Positions 45,880 to 55,933 of a stretch of DNA of 64,000 nt are shown here, in pieces. How positions within the stretch are numbered: position 1 is the first letter of the stretch; every line of letters begins with the position of its first letter. The notes below the pieces were generated by a model that saw only the letters and a list, made by a program, of their open reading frames with translations, made no database searches and was not told the origin of the DNA. Origin of the DNA: Candidatus Poseidoniaceae archaeon (GTDB taxonomy: Archaea > Thermoplasmatota > Poseidoniia > Poseidoniales > Poseidoniaceae); assembly GCA_965662895.1 (NCBI GenBank), contig CBFIJH010000003.1, positions 61,150 through 125,149 of the forward strand, read 5' to 3'. A program made the position numbers and the translations under genes.

Positions 45880-47907
45880 ATGATGGAACATCCACTCGAC
45901 GTGACCTATGCGGGAATCAAAGGGTATTACCTCCTTCTCGTTCTCGGTGGAATCTCGATTGCCTTCTTCGTGTATCAAGTTCAAAAAGCCACTCGATTGG
46001 TGCTTTTGGGCGCACCTGACAAGCGTTTTGATTCATGGGGAAAAAGGCTGAAAGAGACCCTTACAGTTTGGCTTGGACAACGTAAGGTACTGGAGGATAA
46101 AGTTGCTGGAACAATGCACGTTTTGATGTTCTGGGGTTTCCTTATGCTCTCCTCGGATATGCTCGATTTGGCAACTGCCAACCGATTCAGCGACCATATT
46201 CTTCCCGAAGCATTGAACGGGATTTGGAATGGAATGGTTGAACTTGGTTATACGAGTGCTCTCATTGGTTGTTTCCTCGCTTTGAACCGTCGTGTTCTCT
46301 TCACGCCCGAGAAATTGAAGGGGAAATCGCAACTTGAAGGGAATGTTATTCTTCTCTTGATTATGACCATCTGTACGACGTCCTACATTGTTGAAGCAGG
46401 TGAAAACCCGCATCCGACGTGGGAAATGATCGGCGCTTGGGTCGCAGACACATTTTCTCCCACGCAGACCACAATCAATGCTGCTTACTGGGCGCACATG
46501 GTTGCAATCTGCACGTTCTTGTTCCTAATCCCGCTTTCAAAGCACATGCACCTCGTCATGGCCTTACCGAATGTAGCGTTTTACGACACTGAGCCTATGG
46601 CCAAAATGCGACCACTTGCAACCGACGAGAGTGGATCTGCTGTTTCTCTTGAAGAACTCGATTTGGAATCGTTCGGTGCTGCAAATTACACGCAACTAAC
46701 CTGGAGAAGTTTGATTGATGGATGGGCCTGTACATCTTGTGCACGTTGCCAAGATGTTTGCCCTGCTTATGCGAGTGGAAAGGCGTTGAATCCAATGCAA
46801 ATCGTTCACGACGTTCGAAACTATGCGAACGAACATGCTTCACAACTCTTCGCCGGGGAGGCGCCAGAAGAAGACATCATCGCACGATTTGGTGAAGAGT
46901 CAATTTGGGCTTGTACGACCTGTCACGCTTGTGTTGATGTCTGTCCGGTGAACATTGAACACGTACCGAAATTAACGGATGCGCGACGTCACTTGATGAT
47001 GGAGCGAATGGAATTTGATGAGGCTGTAGAGGATACAATCATGCCACTCATGGCAACCATCGAGAATTTAGAATCCGATTCCAATCCCTACGGGTTACCA
47101 TCCCATGAGCGAGGTGACTGGGCCGCTGATCTTGATGTAAAAGTCGCTGAACCAGCGGAATACATCTATTTCGCTGGATGCGCTGCTTCCTTTGATGAAC
47201 GCAACAAAAAAGTCGCACGCGACACCATCTCCATCATGAAGGAAGCAGGTCTCGACGTTGGCATTCTTGGTATGCAAGAAGGCTGCAGCGGTGATGCAGC
47301 CCGTCGTGCAGGGAACGAATATTTGTTCCAAATGCTTGCGGAGACAAACCTCGAAACTTTCAACGAACTTGGGGTCAAGAAGGTCGTAGCTTCCTGCCCA
47401 CACTGCTTCCATACGCTTGGAAAGGAATACAAGGACTACGGCGGGGAAGACATCGAAGTGATGCATCACTCTCAGTTGATTTCACACCTTCAACAGGAAG
47501 GAAAATTACCGCAACCCAGTCACGATGGTTCTGTTACCTATCATGACCCATGTTATCTTGGCCGAATTGGTGGTGAATACGATGCACCTCGGGATGCAAT
47601 CGGAGGAGTTGATGTGGAAACTGAACGTCATGGCCGTGGATCCTTCTGTTGCGGAGCAGGCGGTGCTCAGATGTGGATGGAAGAACATGTTCCTGAAGGC
47701 AACGATCGGGTGAACATCATCCGTGCAAAGGAACTCGCATCGACGGGTGCGGACACGGTTGCTGTTGGCTGTCCATTTTGTTCAACCATGGTGACGGATG
47801 GATTGTCTGCAATCGATGCGGAAATGGATGTCAAGGATATTGCCGAATTGGTTTGGGAGCAAATCAAAGCGAACGATGCGAAAATCGAAGAAGCAAAGGC
47901 CGCTTAA
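45880..47907 (+). CDS. Membrane Fe-S oxidoreductase with TM heme-b-type domain, 2x[4Fe-4S] and CCG domains (FadF/EtfD/HdrDE-like)
   Basis: TM N-terminus with His residues (MHVLMFWGF, SKHMH). CTSCARCQDVCP, CTTCHACVDVCP, YHDPCYLGR, CCGAGG and CPFC. Confidence 0.9.
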   Translation: MMEHPLDVTYAGIKGYYLLLVLGGISIAFFVYQVQKATRLVLLGAPDKRFDSWGKRLKETLTVWLGQRKVLEDKVAGTMHVLMFWGFLMLSSDMLDLATANRFSDHILPEALNGIWNGMVELGYTSALIGCFLALNRRVLFTPEKLKGKSQLEGNVILLLIMTICTTSYIVEAGENPHPTWEMIGAWVADTFSPTQTTINAAYWAHMVAICTFLFLIPLSKHMHLVMALPNVAFYDTEPMAKMRPLATDESGSAVSLEELDLESFGAANYTQLTWRSLIDGWACTSCARCQDVCPAYASGKALNPMQIVHDVRNYANEHASQLFAGEAPEEDIIARFGEESIWACTTCHACVDVCPVNIEHVPKLTDARRHLMMERMEFDEAVEDTIMPLMATIENLESDSNPYGLPSHERGDWAADLDVKVAEPAEYIYFAGCAASFDERNKKVARDTISIMKEAGLDVGILGMQEGCSGDAARRAGNEYLFQMLAETNLETFNELGVKKVVASCPHCFHTLGKEYKDYGGEDIEVMHHSQLISHLQQEGKLPQPSHDGSVTYHDPCYLGRIGGEYDAPRDAIGGVDVETERHGRGSFCCGAGGAQMWMEEHVPEGNDRVNIIRAKELASTGADTVAVGCPFCSTMVTDGLSAIDAEMDVKDIAELVWEQIKANDAKIEEAKAA

Positions 47908-47926
47908 AATCGTTTGATGATGTAGG

Positions 47927-48856
47927 ATGGATCGAGAAGCCTTGCTTTCTTGGTACAAACGTGTTCAGCGGCCATTACCATGGCGAGTAAACCCGTCCCC
48001 GTGGTCCATCCTCCTTTCTGAAATCTTATTGCAACAAACACAAATGGATCGAGGCATCGCCTATCATGCAAAACTATTGGAACGCTTTCCAACTGTTCAA
48101 TCGATGGCTGAATCAAGTGTCGACGAAGTCTTGCATTTATGGCAAGGTGCTGGTTATTATTCCCGCGCTCGCCGATTGCATGCATTAGCGATTGAAGTCG
48201 TTGAATCGCATGAAGGTGTTCTTCCTGACAATTATGCGGGCTTGCTTCAACTGCCAGGGATTGGACCATATACAGCAGCTGCAGTCGCCTCGATTGCTTT
48301 CTCGAGACCTGTAGCTTGTGTGGATGGGAACATCCGACGTGTTATGGCTCGCCAAACAAACCAGGAAAATCCTACCGCAAAGCAAACACAATCCTATGCT
48401 GATCAGCTTCTGTTCGAATCCGCACCCGGTGACTGGAATCAAGCGATGATGGAACTCGGCGCTCTTGTTTGTCGGCCACGAAACCCATCGTGCGATGTGT
48501 GTCCAGTTTCTGACACATGTCTGGGGCGAGCACGAGCGCATGAATTGCCACGTCCAAAGAAAACAAAGAAGAAAATTCTCGAGTTATCCTGCATTGTTCG
48601 CGTTGATAAAAAGGGCCGGCCTGAATTGCACCAACGCCCAGACCATGGATTGTTTGCAGGCCTTTGGGGTCCAAGATTGGAAAAGAATCTCAATACGACC
48701 GATTGTGAATTTATAGGGACAATACGGCACCTTCTCTCTCACAGGGAGATGATTGTCTCGGTTTGGAAAACGGATGGATTGAATGGAATCAACCCGGATT
48801 CTGTAGCCCTTTCATCCCTTGATCGAAGAATTCTCGAATTGGCTGGATTGCTCTAG
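47927..48856 (+). CDS. mutY: A/G-specific adenine glycosylase
   Basis: RPLPWR, SEILLQQT, GYYSRA, LPGIGPYT, VDGN and CX6CX2CX5C. Confidence 0.95.
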   Translation: MDREALLSWYKRVQRPLPWRVNPSPWSILLSEILLQQTQMDRGIAYHAKLLERFPTVQSMAESSVDEVLHLWQGAGYYSRARRLHALAIEVVESHEGVLPDNYAGLLQLPGIGPYTAAAVASIAFSRPVACVDGNIRRVMARQTNQENPTAKQTQSYADQLLFESAPGDWNQAMMELGALVCRPRNPSCDVCPVSDTCLGRARAHELPRPKKTKKKILELSCIVRVDKKGRPELHQRPDHGLFAGLWGPRLEKNLNTTDCEFIGTIRHLLSHREMIVSVWKTDGLNGINPDSVALSSLDRRILELAGLL

Positions 48857-49552
48857 AATGTCCCAAGTGAATGAGGCCAGACATCCGAGCAACGCGAAAA
48901 ACAGGACAAACTCTGCAGGGGCAGCCACATTGACCCATGGTTGAAGTTGGTCAAGCGGAATCATGTTGGGTTCGATGTTCAATTCATTGGATCTTTGCTC
49001 GATTCCTCGAGCAAGAGAAACGGTCATGACAAAGAGCGACAAAAGCGCAAGAAGCAAGGATGCCAATCGGAGTTGACGCCCTCGATGGTTTGGATTTTCC
49101 AATGAGAAATGTGCAAGGACTGCCCATGCAAATCCTCCATGGAACACAATCATCGAAGTGTAGACATGGATTTCAATGTGGTCGTACATGTCTGCAAATG
49201 CAAGCACAGCCAGATGGCTTGAACTCAATACGCCCAGTATCGTCGCCAAAAGAAGAACTCTTTTTCGTGCACGTTCATGAAACAAAACGTACAACCGAAG
49301 AGCAAGTAGGCATTGGAAAAGTGCAGAAACAAACAGCCCACATGTAAACACGATACGCTCGAGGCCAGGATGATCTGCTTCTGAAATGAAGAAGGGTATG
49401 TCGCGATAATTTCCCGTGAGCAGATGAATTGCTACAGCACCGAAAACCGTGCTCAGCGGGACAAGCCATGCCAGTTTGACGAGTTTGTCGTCACGAAGGA
49501 CGTGTGAAGAGATTCGGACACCGTCTTGGTTACTGATGTCCAAGCCCCTCAT
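48812..49552 (-). CDS. Frag1/DRAM/Sfk1-like membrane protein
   Basis: Six TM segments, with PFFISEAD..ERIVF, IHVYTS..F and a C-terminal AEF motif resembling the family. Confidence 0.6.
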   Translation of the reverse strand: MRGLDISNQDGVRISSHVLRDDKLVKLAWLVPLSTVFGAVAIHLLTGNYRDIPFFISEADHPGLERIVFTCGLFVSALFQCLLALRLYVLFHERARKRVLLLATILGVLSSSHLAVLAFADMYDHIEIHVYTSMIVFHGGFAWAVLAHFSLENPNHRGRQLRLASLLLALLSLFVMTVSLARGIEQRSNELNIEPNMIPLDQLQPWVNVAAPAEFVLFFALLGCLASFTWDILEQSSQFENSSIKG

Positions 49553-49620
49553 CAGCGTGTCCTATGCTCCTTGACGTATCAATCTTCAAGTGAGAGTGGC
49601 GACACCGGGGGATTGTTCAC

Positions 49621-51108
49621 ATGCCACTACGAGTGCACGATACACGACGGCGGGAAAAGGTTGATTTCACAACCCAATCTCCTGGAAGAGTCTCGATGTA
49701 TGTCTGTGGCGTCACGGTTTACGACCGCTGCCACCTCGGGCATGCTCGATGTTACATCGCTTTTGATTTGATTCATCGCTGGCTTGAAGCATCAGGCTAT
49801 GACGTGGATTATGTGCAAAATTTCACCGATATTGATGATAAAATCATCCTTCGTTCGATAGAGTCTGGTGAGGATTGGAGAGCGATTGTTGAACGGAACA
49901 TTGCAACGTATTACGAAGATATGGATGCGTTGAATATCCTTCGCGCTGATCACTATCCTCGATGTACAGAGTACGTCGATTCAATGATACACATCATTGA
50001 GGATTTAATCGAAAAAGAGCATGCCTATGTCGCCAACGATGGCGTCTACTTCCGGGTTGATTCCGCACCCGAAAAGTACGGACAGTTAACCGGTCAATCC
50101 ATTGATGCTGTCCGACAAGGCGCTGGGGGACGTGTCGGTGAGACGGGTTCTGGGAAACGCGATCACAAGGATTTCGCTCTTTGGAAACAAGCGAAACCAG
50201 GCGAGCCAACTTGGCCATCGCCTTGGGGTGAGGGGCGACCTGGCTGGCACATCGAGTGCAGCGCTATGAGTCTCGATCATTTCGGAACTTCCTTTGATAT
50301 CCACGGTGGAGGGCATGATTTGCGATTCCCACATCACGAGGCCGAGATTTTCCAAAGTGAATGTCATACAGGCCATGCTCCGCTTGCTGGGTATTGGTTG
50401 CACAATGGATTTGTCAACATCGATGGAGAAAAGATGAGCAAGTCACTCGGAAACTTCTGGACAATTCGAGACATCATCCAGAACGTCGATCCGCTTGTTC
50501 TTCGCCTTGCATTGGTCAATGCACACTACCGTTCACCAATCGACATGAATGAACAACTTCTGAACGATGCTTCCCGAAATCACGACCGAATTCTGCAGGT
50601 GTATGCCTCAGCATTGCGTATGGCAAGCGAAGGACGCCACCATGCACTGCCAACTCCTGATAGGGGAAGCTCTGACCCATTGGCAAAGACACTTGGTCTA
50701 CTTGAGCGACTTGCAGAAGGCTTCGCTCAAGCCATGGATGATGATTTCAACAGTCGTGAAGCGGTTGCAAAAGTTCTCGCAGCGACCAAACAACTGCAAC
50801 TTCTTATGACCCTTGGTACAGATGATGGTGACAAGCGAGCCATTGCAATGTATGCGAAAGAATGGTTGGAAGAAACGGCCGGTAACATACTTGGAATTCT
50901 TCCTACGCCTGATGTCCTCTTAGCGGAACCCGTCGAAGACCCTCGAAAGGCAGAAATTGCTGACCAAGTTGAAGCCTTACTCGTCGAACGAAGCGATGCT
51001 CGAGCCAGCAAGGATTGGTCACGGGCGGACGAAATTCGTGACCAACTCAATGAACTCGGAGTTCGCGTGACCGACACTGCAGAAGGTCCGGTATGGGAAC
51101 TCAACTGA
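49621..51108 (+). CDS. cysS: Cysteine-tRNA ligase
   Basis: [26 protein letters not shown] and KMSKS. Confidence 0.97.
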   Translation: MPLRVHDTRRREKVDFTTQSPGRVSMYVCGVTVYDRCHLGHARCYIAFDLIHRWLEASGYDVDYVQNFTDIDDKIILRSIESGEDWRAIVERNIATYYEDMDALNILRADHYPRCTEYVDSMIHIIEDLIEKEHAYVANDGVYFRVDSAPEKYGQLTGQSIDAVRQGAGGRVGETGSGKRDHKDFALWKQAKPGEPTWPSPWGEGRPGWHIECSAMSLDHFGTSFDIHGGGHDLRFPHHEAEIFQSECHTGHAPLAGYWLHNGFVNIDGEKMSKSLGNFWTIRDIIQNVDPLVLRLALVNAHYRSPIDMNEQLLNDASRNHDRILQVYASALRMASEGRHHALPTPDRGSSDPLAKTLGLLERLAEGFAQAMDDDFNSREAVAKVLAATKQLQLLMTLGTDDGDKRAIAMYAKEWLEETAGNILGILPTPDVLLAEPVEDPRKAEIADQVEALLVERSDARASKDWSRADEIRDQLNELGVRVTDTAEGPVWELN

Positions 51109-53625
51109 TCATTCTTCTTCCATTGAAGGTGGAGGAGCAAGCGGCGGTAATTCAGGAACGAATTGCTTGTCTTCGTCTTGCCACTGTTTTTCAATCATAA
51201 CCGTTTGGTCGACGCTCATTTCTTCGTCTTCTTCAGTCGTTCGAGTAAGAATTCCTACAGCTAAAAGAAGGAGAATGACAAGAATGACCAGGAGTGATTT
51301 CGGCCCAAGTAGCGAGGATTCTTCGCTTGAGGCATCATCAACATCTTCTCCAAGAATACAGTTTGGTGGGCAGTTGGAATCTCTTCCTGAATCTCCGGTG
51401 GTGTCGTTGCTGTTCTGATTTGTATCCTCAATGGGCGTATCGTCAACGGGAGTTGTTGTTGAATCACCGGTATTGTCTTGAGGTTCAAGAACAACGTTGA
51501 CGCCGGTACGGTCACCGTTCTCCATCGGAATGGCGTAGTAGTCTTCCAATTGACTCAATTGAATGTGGGTATTCGCATGCATCGAGCCAGTGATCACTCC
51601 AAAATGACGCGTATCACCTGTTGTGAAAATACTGTTGAGGACGTTGCCTTGCATGCTTGAGTAACTGTCCGTACTCGATGACCATGTTGCTGCGACATCG
51701 TCAGGATTTAGGGCCATTGCCATTTCCATGTCGGCCAAAATAGTCGACCACGATTGCGTTCCTTCCGGAACCGAGCGGTCCGTCACATCCACGGCTTTGT
51801 TGAATCCTGGACCTTCAACCAACTCCCAATCGTCACCCTTCAATTGTGACATAAGGTCAACATCACCAAACACAGGCTGTCCATTGACGACCGTCAATCG
51901 GACGTCTGCATCAATGGCTTCAATCAAGTTTCGATATGGGTTTTCATGGAAGGTATCAATGACCACAAGGTCGGCGTATAAGCCGGGGTTGATGGTGCCA
52001 ACAAAGCCATCCCAGTTGCTCGCAAGTGCTGGGTTTTTCGTCACCATTGCAGCAAGTTCGTAGTCGGAAAAGTAGGAATCAAGGTTGTTCGAATTCCACA
52101 GATCGGCAATCTTCAGTTCATGCAAACTGTTCTTTGAACCACTTGGTCCCCAATCGGGAGCAAGCGATATCCGAACACCGGCTTGGTCTGCTGCGACAAC
52201 ATCGGTTGTATCTCCATAAAGGAGCAGATTTGAGAGTGGCGACCAAGCGAGGTCAGCTCCCACTTCGCCCATCATTTCAAATTCGGTGGATGTGAGAGCA
52301 GTTCCATGGATCACAACCAACTCTCCAACAAGCAGATTGTTTTGTACGAGAATATCAAACTCAGCTCGGCTTTCCTCATCAACACCCTCGGAAAGGTGCA
52401 AGTACCATGCGTTCAAGCTTCCACTTGTGTTGCCCGATTTTATGTGATTGCCTTGATAATCAGACTCAAGGGTAGTAACTTTTGTGTGCATACCGTCGCC
52501 GCCAAAGTTGTATAATTCGATGTTCCGTGAGAGCATACTGTCCCAGGCATCCGTGTTGCTTGAGGGCGAACCTTGGATTGATGTAACGCCACCAGCAACA
52601 GCCATAACTTCTGCATACTTCATTTGCTCATCGGCCATGTTCCACATCGATCCTGATTGTACGAACGTCTTCATCCAGGAGATGTCACGTTTGTAATTTG
52701 GATTGTATTTCCATTGGTTTCGATTTGAATAGCCACCTTCATCAGATTTATCGTTTGTATGAACTTCAAAGTCCCACAGGGGGATGTGATTGTAATGGAC
52801 ATGGTTGTGCGTGTCGATTAGACCGGGGTAGATTGTACCGTTTGTTTCAACAACAGGTACGCCGGTTAAATCGACGTTTTGAGGGATATTTTGACCGGAC
52901 CATACTGCGGAAATTTTACTGTTTTGAACCAGAACATTGCCATCATTGATGACATTGCTTTCAGCGTTCATGGTCACAACTCGCCCTTTGAGGAGCATGG
53001 ATTCAACATAACCTCCATCACTAATACCAAAACATCCAATCATATTTTGGGCAACATCAAACGATTCATCTTGGGAATATCCAGGTGTTGGAGGTCTAAC
53101 CTTCCAAATCGAGCCATTGTCAAGTGGAATGTAGGAATTTCCGTACCAGGAATCTCTTTCCGGGTACGACAATGCATCAACAAGCGTTCCGTCATCGGTA
53201 TAGAGGTTCACCGTATCTCCGTCATAATAGTCCAGTTCGATTCGAGAGGCGTTGATGAACACTGAGACGTAGCCACCTGGTTGGATGACAGTGTTGCGTG
53301 CAAGTTGACACGGCGCGCTTCCTCCATCGGCAATGTCGTCCAAAACCCAGTTGGAGATATTAATCGGAGCTGTTGTCGGATTGTGCAATTCAATGAATTG
53401 ATCAGAAAATTTTCCATACTCTCCATCTCCATTCCAATCTGTAGCATTGTAGCAATTCGAACAGGTTTCGTTGTTTTTCATACTGTTTGGCGAGGCTAAG
53501 ATTTCTGAAATGATAATGGATTCTGGTGAAGAATTTGAATCGTCTGTTTCTTCTGAAACTCCAAGCGGCGCAGCAAGAACGCCCAGAAGAAGAAACACGA
53601 CAAGGAACGATGACACTCTGCTCAT
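51109..53625 (-). CDS. Secreted, C-terminally anchored lamin-tail-domain + amidohydrolase (deaminase-like) protein
   Basis: Signal peptide, LTD (IIISEILASP...FIELHNP...ISNWVLDD), GLIDTHNH, HLSEG, IHG, APDW, then a C-terminal TM. TTGATG at -29. Confidence 0.85.
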   Translation of the reverse strand: MSRVSSFLVVFLLLGVLAAPLGVSEETDDSNSSPESIIISEILASPNSMKNNETCSNCYNATDWNGDGEYGKFSDQFIELHNPTTAPINISNWVLDDIADGGSAPCQLARNTVIQPGGYVSVFINASRIELDYYDGDTVNLYTDDGTLVDALSYPERDSWYGNSYIPLDNGSIWKVRPPTPGYSQDESFDVAQNMIGCFGISDGGYVESMLLKGRVVTMNAESNVINDGNVLVQNSKISAVWSGQNIPQNVDLTGVPVVETNGTIYPGLIDTHNHVHYNHIPLWDFEVHTNDKSDEGGYSNRNQWKYNPNYKRDISWMKTFVQSGSMWNMADEQMKYAEVMAVAGGVTSIQGSPSSNTDAWDSMLSRNIELYNFGGDGMHTKVTTLESDYQGNHIKSGNTSGSLNAWYLHLSEGVDEESRAEFDILVQNNLLVGELVVIHGTALTSTEFEMMGEVGADLAWSPLSNLLLYGDTTDVVAADQAGVRISLAPDWGPSGSKNSLHELKIADLWNSNNLDSYFSDYELAAMVTKNPALASNWDGFVGTINPGLYADLVVIDTFHENPYRNLIEAIDADVRLTVVNGQPVFGDVDLMSQLKGDDWELVEGPGFNKAVDVTDRSVPEGTQSWSTILADMEMAMALNPDDVAATWSSSTDSYSSMQGNVLNSIFTTGDTRHFGVITGSMHANTHIQLSQLEDYYAIPMENGDRTGVNVVLEPQDNTGDSTTTPVDDTPIEDTNQNSNDTTGDSGRDSNCPPNCILGEDVDDASSEESSLLGPKSLLVILVILLLLAVGILTRTTEEDEEMSVDQTVMIEKQWQDEDKQFVPELPPLAPPPSMEEE

Positions 53626-53717
53626 GTTCGATGCTTGTCGATTGAGCACATCAACCCGTCGATTGAACCTTTTGGTAAAATGCATGAGCACTTATACTGT
53701 GACCCCTAGGCTTAACC

Positions 53718-54080
53718 ATGGCAACAGTAGAGATGCATGAATCATCCTTCAATGATATCATTGAGGGAAACGACCTCGTCATCATTGATTTCTGGGCTGA
53801 ATGGTGCGGACCATGTCGCGCCTATGCACCGGTCTTTGAACGTGTATCCGAGGAATTTTCAGATGTTGTTTTTGCCAAAGTTGACACCGAAGTTGAACAA
53901 GCACTCGCTGGTTCGTTTGGTATTCGTTCCATTCCGACGACGATTGCCTTCAAAGAAGGAATTGGTGTCTTCATGCAACCGGGGGCTCTCCCAGAGGACG
54001 CTCTCCGCGACTTAATCACCAAACTCCAAGGATTGGACATGGACGAAGTTCGTGCAGAACTTGAAACACGTCAATCATAA
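53718..54080 (+). CDS. trxA: Thioredoxin
   Basis: DFWAEWCGPC and SIPT motifs. Confidence 0.95.
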   Translation: MATVEMHESSFNDIIEGNDLVIIDFWAEWCGPCRAYAPVFERVSEEFSDVVFAKVDTEVEQALAGSFGIRSIPTTIAFKEGIGVFMQPGALPEDALRDLITKLQGLDMDEVRAELETRQS

Positions 54081-54132
54081 GATTTAGCATAAGGCGCAAA
54101 GCGTCATATGTCGGTTGTGAGACGATGGATTG

Positions 54133-55932
54133 ATGCGGGGCATCTCGTTGTTGTTGGTTTTTCTTTTACCTTCCCTATTATCGGGATGTTTCGGAGAAGA
54201 TCTACAAAATAATGCAGGTGAAATATCCGATATGATTTACCCCGAACCTTGGGATCGAAAAGACCGTAGTTATGACGATACGGATGTTTTCTCCCGAGTT
54301 ACAACAAACGGTTCCTACGATATCGGACCTGTCCAATCAGTGTTCGTTCCGGTTCCGAGTATCACACTCGCTGATGGTGGCGCAGGCGCAACAGGAGGAG
54401 CTGAAGTACACCTCGGTCTCTGGCTCCCTGTGATTGAAGGGTGTGACTATTCTTCCGCAGACAACTTGAGTGAGTCGTGTCAAGTGCCGGTCATTGCAGA
54501 GATTGGCCCATATTACAGCGATGGAGATGTTGATGCCTTAACACCTGCAAACCGATTGGGTCGGATGCTCATTGAAAATTATGTTCCGCATGGTTACGGT
54601 GTTGCTCAAGTCTCGGTTTTTGGTACGGGTGAATCAAATCACTGCATGGATCTCATGGGCACCGATGAACAACGTGGAATCGATGCTGCAGTCACATGGC
54701 TCGGAACGCAGTCATGGTCCAATGGAAACGTTGGAATTATTGGAAAGTCGTATGACGGATCAACTCCATGGCAGGCAGCCACATTTGGCAACCCACACTT
54801 AGCAACAATCGTACCAATGTCAGGTCTGATTGGTGTGCATGAATTGATGTGGCGCAACGGTAGCATGGAAGCACGTGGTATGATTATGCACAACGGCGTT
54901 TACGGTTCGTTTGGAATTGATGGGGACGCGGAAGACAGTCATACATTGTGCGAAGGCTACATCCAAGGCTACGTCAACGGGCCCGCTGCTTATTTGAGCG
55001 GAGGAATGGTCGACTATGGAGGAAACACGTATTGGACAGAGCGCTCGTTTCTCGACCGTGTTCTCCAAAATTACAATGGCTCTGTTTACTTGATTCAAGG
55101 AATGCAGGATTGGAATGTTGACCCACACATGTCGTTCCCTGTACATCAGCAGGTTGCCGATGCTGGAATCGAAATCAAGACTCTTGCTGGACAATGGGCA
55201 CATGATTATCCCGACCGTGTTGAAGGCCACTCTTCTCAAGGAGAAGGTCGAGGGGCTGAAGCCTATCCCTACACACTTCGTTGGGATTGGGCGGATGAAA
55301 TGCTGTACTGGTTTGATTGGTACCTGAAAGGAGAAGGACGTGCACCTACGCTTGGTGTTGAAATGCAGGATAATCGAGGCGGGTGGCGCTTTGAGCAAAC
55401 CTATCCTCCACTCGATGCTGAACATTTGGAACTCACGGGAAGTGATCTTGCACCAACAGGTTCGACAGTCTCAGCAACCAGTTCTGTAACGCTGAGCTAC
55501 GGACCTTTCGAAGAAGAAACACGTATCATTGGTATGCCGACCTTCCACATCGATGCTACCCCTAGCTTAACCGGAGGCCATCTTTTCATTGAAATGACCG
55601 ATGGGACGGGTATGCATCTCGGGCATGCAGTTATGGATTTGCGATACCATGCTGGCGGTCGAGATGGACAAGAGATTCTCGTTCCGTTCGCATCTGTCAA
55701 TGCTTTGATGGAATTCATGCCGATGGATGTGGTGCTTCAGGAAGGAGAGGGTATTCTCCTCACAGTTTCGCAAACAGGAGAGGACTACGTTCCATCTCCT
55801 GCAGCATCAGGTGCTGTAACAATTGATTGGTCTCAAAGCACGCTCACACTACCGCTTATTGACCGAACATGCGAGGACTTGTTCCAGGTTCCAATGCTTG
55901 ACTATTCAAGCGATGGTGGACGGCAATGCTGA
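54133..55932 (+). CDS. CocE/NonD (S15 X-Pro dipeptidyl-peptidase-like) hydrolase, lipoprotein
   Basis: Lipobox LSGC, nucleophile [14 protein letters not shown] and GQWAH. Confidence 0.88.
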   Translation: MRGISLLLVFLLPSLLSGCFGEDLQNNAGEISDMIYPEPWDRKDRSYDDTDVFSRVTTNGSYDIGPVQSVFVPVPSITLADGGAGATGGAEVHLGLWLPVIEGCDYSSADNLSESCQVPVIAEIGPYYSDGDVDALTPANRLGRMLIENYVPHGYGVAQVSVFGTGESNHCMDLMGTDEQRGIDAAVTWLGTQSWSNGNVGIIGKSYDGSTPWQAATFGNPHLATIVPMSGLIGVHELMWRNGSMEARGMIMHNGVYGSFGIDGDAEDSHTLCEGYIQGYVNGPAAYLSGGMVDYGGNTYWTERSFLDRVLQNYNGSVYLIQGMQDWNVDPHMSFPVHQQVADAGIEIKTLAGQWAHDYPDRVEGHSSQGEGRGAEAYPYTLRWDWADEMLYWFDWYLKGEGRAPTLGVEMQDNRGGWRFEQTYPPLDAEHLELTGSDLAPTGSTVSATSSVTLSYGPFEEETRIIGMPTFHIDATPSLTGGHLFIEMTDGTGMHLGHAVMDLRYHAGGRDGQEILVPFASVNALMEFMPMDVVLQEGEGILLTVSQTGEDYVPSPAASGAVTIDWSQSTLTLPLIDRTCEDLFQVPMLDYSSDGGRQC

Positions 55933-55933
55933 A

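Noticed and set aside
46911-46926. CTTCH as a c-type heme motif (substrate for Ccm)
   Set aside because: It is part of the ferredoxin motif CTTCHACVDVCP in a cytoplasmic domain.
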